A stretch of DNA of 64,000 bases from Patescibacteria group bacterium. GTDB taxonomy: Bacteria; Patescibacteriota; Patescibacteriia; Magasanikbacterales; GWA2-37-8. The notes under the pieces were generated by a model. The model worked only from the letters and a program-made list of their open reading frames with translations. It did no database searches and was not told where the DNA came from. This document shows positions 60,715 to 64,000 of this stretch, in pieces. The position numbers and the translations under genes are program-made. Within the stretch, counting starts at the first letter, position 1, and every line of letters starts with the position of its first letter. The stretch lies in assembly GCA_041649475.1 (NCBI GenBank), contig JBAZNA010000001.1:878594-942593 (forward strand), read 5' to 3'.

Positions 60715-61304
60715 TTGCTCCTGCGATTCTTGTTTCTAACTTCAACGATTTTGAGGATCAGGTTAAACAGCTTGAAGGAATTTTTGAATACGCGCAAATT
60801 GACGTGATGGACGGAATTTTTGTGACCAATAAATCTTTCAGCGAAATTGAAAAAATAAACGGGCTGGGAAGCGCTCTGAAATTTGAACTGCATCTGATGA
60901 CTGAACATCCGCTCCAAGAAATAAAAAAATGGAAGGGTGTGAAAAATGTTTTTCGGGTAATTTTTCATATTGAAGCCAAAGACGACCCAACCGAAACCAT
61001 AAAAACCATCCAGGAAAACGGCTGGCAAACAGGAATCTGTTTAAACCCGGAAACACCTTTGACAGCCATAGAGCCATATTATAAACTTGTAGATACCATA
61101 TTGTTTATGACTGTCCATCCCGGGAAACATGGCGCGCCCTATTTGCCGGAAGTCAGCGAAAAAATAAAAGAATACAGCGGCTGGCCAAACCGGCCAAAGT
61201 GCGCAGTTGACGGCGGTATAGACGAAAAAAATATGGAAGAATTAAAATCAATCGGCGTGGAAATTTTTAATATCGGCAGTAATCGGGCAATTAATTTTGT
61301 TTAA
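60711..61304 (+). CDS. rpe: Ribulose-phosphate 3-epimerase
   Basis: DVMDG.FV.N, HLM, FH.E, LNPETP, MTV.PG, VDGG. Confidence 0.88.
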   Translation: MIAPAILVSNFNDFEDQVKQLEGIFEYAQIDVMDGIFVTNKSFSEIEKINGLGSALKFELHLMTEHPLQEIKKWKGVKNVFRVIFHIEAKDDPTETIKTIQENGWQTGICLNPETPLTAIEPYYKLVDTILFMTVHPGKHGAPYLPEVSEKIKEYSGWPNRPKCAVDGGIDEKNMEELKSIGVEIFNIGSNRAINFV

Positions 61305-61307
61305 TAT

Positions 61308-62246
61308 ATGTTGGATCTAATAATTATCGGCTCGGCGGCGGCCGGAAGCAGCGCGGCCATTTATGCGGCCAGAAGAAAATTAAATTTCAAGGTTATCACC
61401 TATGATTTGGGCGGTGAAGTCGCCTTATCCGGCGAAGTCAATAACTGGCCGGGAATTTTGAGTATTCAGGGGTATGAATTGGCCCAAAAATTTAATGAAC
61501 ACGTGAAGGCCTATGGGGTTGAAATTGAAGACGGCTGGAAAGTAGAAAAAATTACGCCGGAAAAAAAGTATTATAAGGTTGTTGCCAAAAATGCGCGGGG
61601 TGAAGAAAGGGTTTATGAAACCAAATCCATAATTGTGGCCACTGGCATTCATCCGCGGCATCTGGAAGTGCCGGGTGAAAAAGAATTTTATCAAAAAGGC
61701 GTGACCTATTGCACGGTTTGCGACGGACCGCTGTTTAAAGGCAAGACCACAGCCACAGTCGGCTCCGGAAATAGCGCTTTGGAATCGGCTCTGATGATGA
61801 CTCACATTGCTAAAAAGGTTTATCTTATCAGTAAATTTCCCAATACGCCCGAAACCAACGGCGGCTTCCCCAAGGGTGAGGCAATTTTGATTGAAAAAGT
61901 GAAACAACTGCCGAATGTAGAAATAATCTATGCGGCCCAGACCACCGCAATACTCGGAGACGGCAAAGTTAATGGGTTGAAATATAAAACCGAAGACGGC
62001 CAACAGCAAATTGAGGTTGAGGGTGTAATGGTGCACATCGGCCAAATACCAAATTCACAATTTATTGACGCCAAAAAAAATAAAATCGGCGAACTTATTA
62101 TTGATGAAAAATGCCGCACCAACCTGCCCGGAATCTTTGCCGCCGGCGACGTCACCAACATCCCCTACAAGCAAATCGGCATCTCCACCGGCCAAGGGAT
62201 TATTGCCGCGCTGGCCGTAATAGAGTATATTAACAGGTGGAGCTAG
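61308..62246 (+). CDS. trxB: Thioredoxin reductase family oxidoreductase
   Basis: FAD motif, ATG, YCTVCDG, FAAGD. Confidence 0.85.
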   Translation: MLDLIIIGSAAAGSSAAIYAARRKLNFKVITYDLGGEVALSGEVNNWPGILSIQGYELAQKFNEHVKAYGVEIEDGWKVEKITPEKKYYKVVAKNARGEERVYETKSIIVATGIHPRHLEVPGEKEFYQKGVTYCTVCDGPLFKGKTTATVGSGNSALESALMMTHIAKKVYLISKFPNTPETNGGFPKGEAILIEKVKQLPNVEIIYAAQTTAILGDGKVNGLKYKTEDGQQQIEVEGVMVHIGQIPNSQFIDAKKNKIGELIIDEKCRTNLPGIFAAGDVTNIPYKQIGISTGQGIIAALAVIEYINRWS

Positions 62247-62272
62247 CGAAATAATTCTTAATTTACCCAAAT

Positions 62273-62587
62273 ATGCCTCTTGGTTCAATTTTTCCAACTT
62301 TACCTTGGCCGCTTTTGGACATAATTATGAACGTGGTGGCCGCGCTGGGCGCAATCTTGCTCACCTATGCTATTTTTTTGGAAGCTGAACGCCGGCAAGA
62401 CGCAATTTTTGTAGTCGGTTCCGCTTGTCTTCTGGTTTACGCTTTGTGGATTGGAAATAAAATTTTTTCCGTGGCCATGGCCGGAATCATGCTCGCCAGT
62501 TTTATTGAACTGATTGAAATTATGACCGGCAGACACGTACACAGTGTAGATATGGTTGAATCATATAAAAATCCTAAGGGTAAATGA
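62273..62587 (+). CDS. Small membrane protein
   Basis: Three hydrophobic segments, operon packing. Confidence 0.7.
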   Translation: MPLGSIFPTLPWPLLDIIMNVVAALGAILLTYAIFLEAERRQDAIFVVGSACLLVYALWIGNKIFSVAMAGIMLASFIELIEIMTGRHVHSVDMVESYKNPKGK

Positions 62588-62588
62588 T

Positions 62589-63572
62589 ATGTATAATGTC
62601 ATCGCTATTGGGGACGCGGTTTTAGATACGCATGTTTTAATTGACGATGCCTCGGTTGAATGTAATATTGACGGCAAAAATTGCCGTCTTTGTTTGGATT
62701 ATGCCAGTAAAATTCCGATCGCCGACAGCTTTCAGGCGCTGGGTGGAAACGCGGCCAATGTCGCGGTTGGCGCAGCCAAACTGGGGCTTGAAACTGCAAT
62801 TGTGAGCTCTATTGGCAAAGACGGAAATGGAAAAATAATTTTGGATGATTTAAAAAAGAGCGGCGTTATCACCGATTTGATTTATACAGACGAAAAAATA
62901 AAAACCAGATATTCAATTGTTTTAAATTTCAAAGGCGAACGGACGATTTTGTCATACCATCAAAAAAGACAATATGTTTGGCCGGAAGCCGTGCCAAAAA
63001 CCGACTGGGTTTATTACACCAGCTTGAGCGAGGGTTTTGAGCCACTTCAGGAAAAATTGATAAATTTTTTAAACAAACATGAAAGCGTACGTCTGGCCTA
63101 TAATCCGGGCTCATTTCAGTTAAAATATTCCTTGGTTTCCGTTAAAGAAATTCTGCCGCAGGCGCAAATTTTGATTTTAAATCTGGAAGAAGCGGAAACG
63201 GTTTTGAACACAACAATTGAAAAAGAAAAAAGCGTTTCCGCTCTGATACATAAATTACTGCTAACCGGCGCCAAAGAAGTGGCAATTACCGACGGAAAAA
63301 ACGGCGCCTGGGCCGGAGACGAAGAGGATGTTTGGTACTTGAAAAGTTTCCCGGTTGAAGTGATTTCCAAAACCGGAGCCGGAGATGCTTTCTCCGCCGG
63401 ATACCTGGCGGCCAGAATAAATGATCATGATATCAGTACGGCTCTAAGTTGGGGCATTGCCAACAGTTGCAGTGTCATCACCTCGCATGGATCGCAAAAA
63501 ACTCTGCTGGATAAAAACGGCATCAAAAAAATGCTGACCAAATACAGCCAGATAAAATCTAAAACGGTTTAA
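62589..63572 (+). CDS. PfkB family carbohydrate kinase
   Basis: GGNAANVA, N..EA, TDG..GA, TGAGDAF. Confidence 0.92.
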   Translation: MYNVIAIGDAVLDTHVLIDDASVECNIDGKNCRLCLDYASKIPIADSFQALGGNAANVAVGAAKLGLETAIVSSIGKDGNGKIILDDLKKSGVITDLIYTDEKIKTRYSIVLNFKGERTILSYHQKRQYVWPEAVPKTDWVYYTSLSEGFEPLQEKLINFLNKHESVRLAYNPGSFQLKYSLVSVKEILPQAQILILNLEEAETVLNTTIEKEKSVSALIHKLLLTGAKEVAITDGKNGAWAGDEEDVWYLKSFPVEVISKTGAGDAFSAGYLAARINDHDISTALSWGIANSCSVITSHGSQKTLLDKNGIKKMLTKYSQIKSKTV

Positions 63573-63969
63573 ATCCGGTTTTAAGTAAATTATCTAACGG
63601 TTGAAATAGTGGGCCGGGCAGATTTTCAAATTCAAACCATCCTACTTGTTCAGTCCAATCCGGTTCCATCACTTTAGCTTCACCGGAGTCATATTCTGAA
63701 ACCACAAAAATGGTTACATAATGTTTATCCTCCTTCATATAAACATCGTTGGTAAACGGCCCGATTTTTATATTCTTTATCTTCACTCCCACTTCCTCCA
63801 TTGTTTCCCTAATCGCGCAGTCCTCAATTGATTCGCCAAATTCCAAATGTCCTCCTGCCAAAGCCCAGGTGCCATCTCCGGCCGTTCCTTTTCTTTTTTG
63901 CATTAAAATTTTATTCCCGTTGATAATAAACACACCCACTCCTACTTTGGGTCTTTTTTCTGTATCCAT
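63559..63969 (-). CDS. Nudix hydrolase (NUDT15-like)
   Basis: RPKVGVG, Nudix box GGHLEFGE....CA.RE..EE.G, HYVT. Confidence 0.92.
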   Translation of the reverse strand: MDTEKRPKVGVGVFIINGNKILMQKRKGTAGDGTWALAGGHLEFGESIEDCAIRETMEEVGVKIKNIKIGPFTNDVYMKEDKHYVTIFVVSEYDSGEAKVMEPDWTEQVGWFEFENLPGPLFQPLDNLLKTGFKPF

Positions 63970-64000
63970 AGAAGTTTAGTTATACAAATCAATTTGCAAC

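Overview
AT-rich bacterial chromosome segment in standard code 11. It looks like a Patescibacteria/CPR genome (inference: rpmD/uL30 missing from the spc operon, CPR-style pilin and surface protein, core genes mostly without Shine-Dalgarno sites). The first 22 kb hold the str genes (fusA separated from tuf) and the S10-spc cluster, followed by secY-adk-map-ruvX-recO-asnS. The middle has a UvrD-family helicase, tgt, prs, trpS, proS, tRNA-Asn(GTT) and a ~9 kb accessory stretch: AAA ATPase + RloB-like + putative nuclease, small GC-rich orphan genes, an 86-bp direct repeat and radC. The right part has rplA, a degenerate pyruvate kinase next to a dTTP cluster, gatB, ruvA, a FecR/CHASE2-cyclase pair, NIF3, ileS and rpiB-rpe-trxB-pfkB. 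The best candidate for an undescribed system is a ~785-nt, densely structured, apparently non-coding unit (about 56416 to 55631, minus strand) with its own promoter and terminator. Also notable are a three-copy structured element ending at an ATG, a leader-peptide attenuator, and a recurring class of GC-rich SD-led mini-cassettes. No searches or folding computations were run; all calls come from motif reading by eye.
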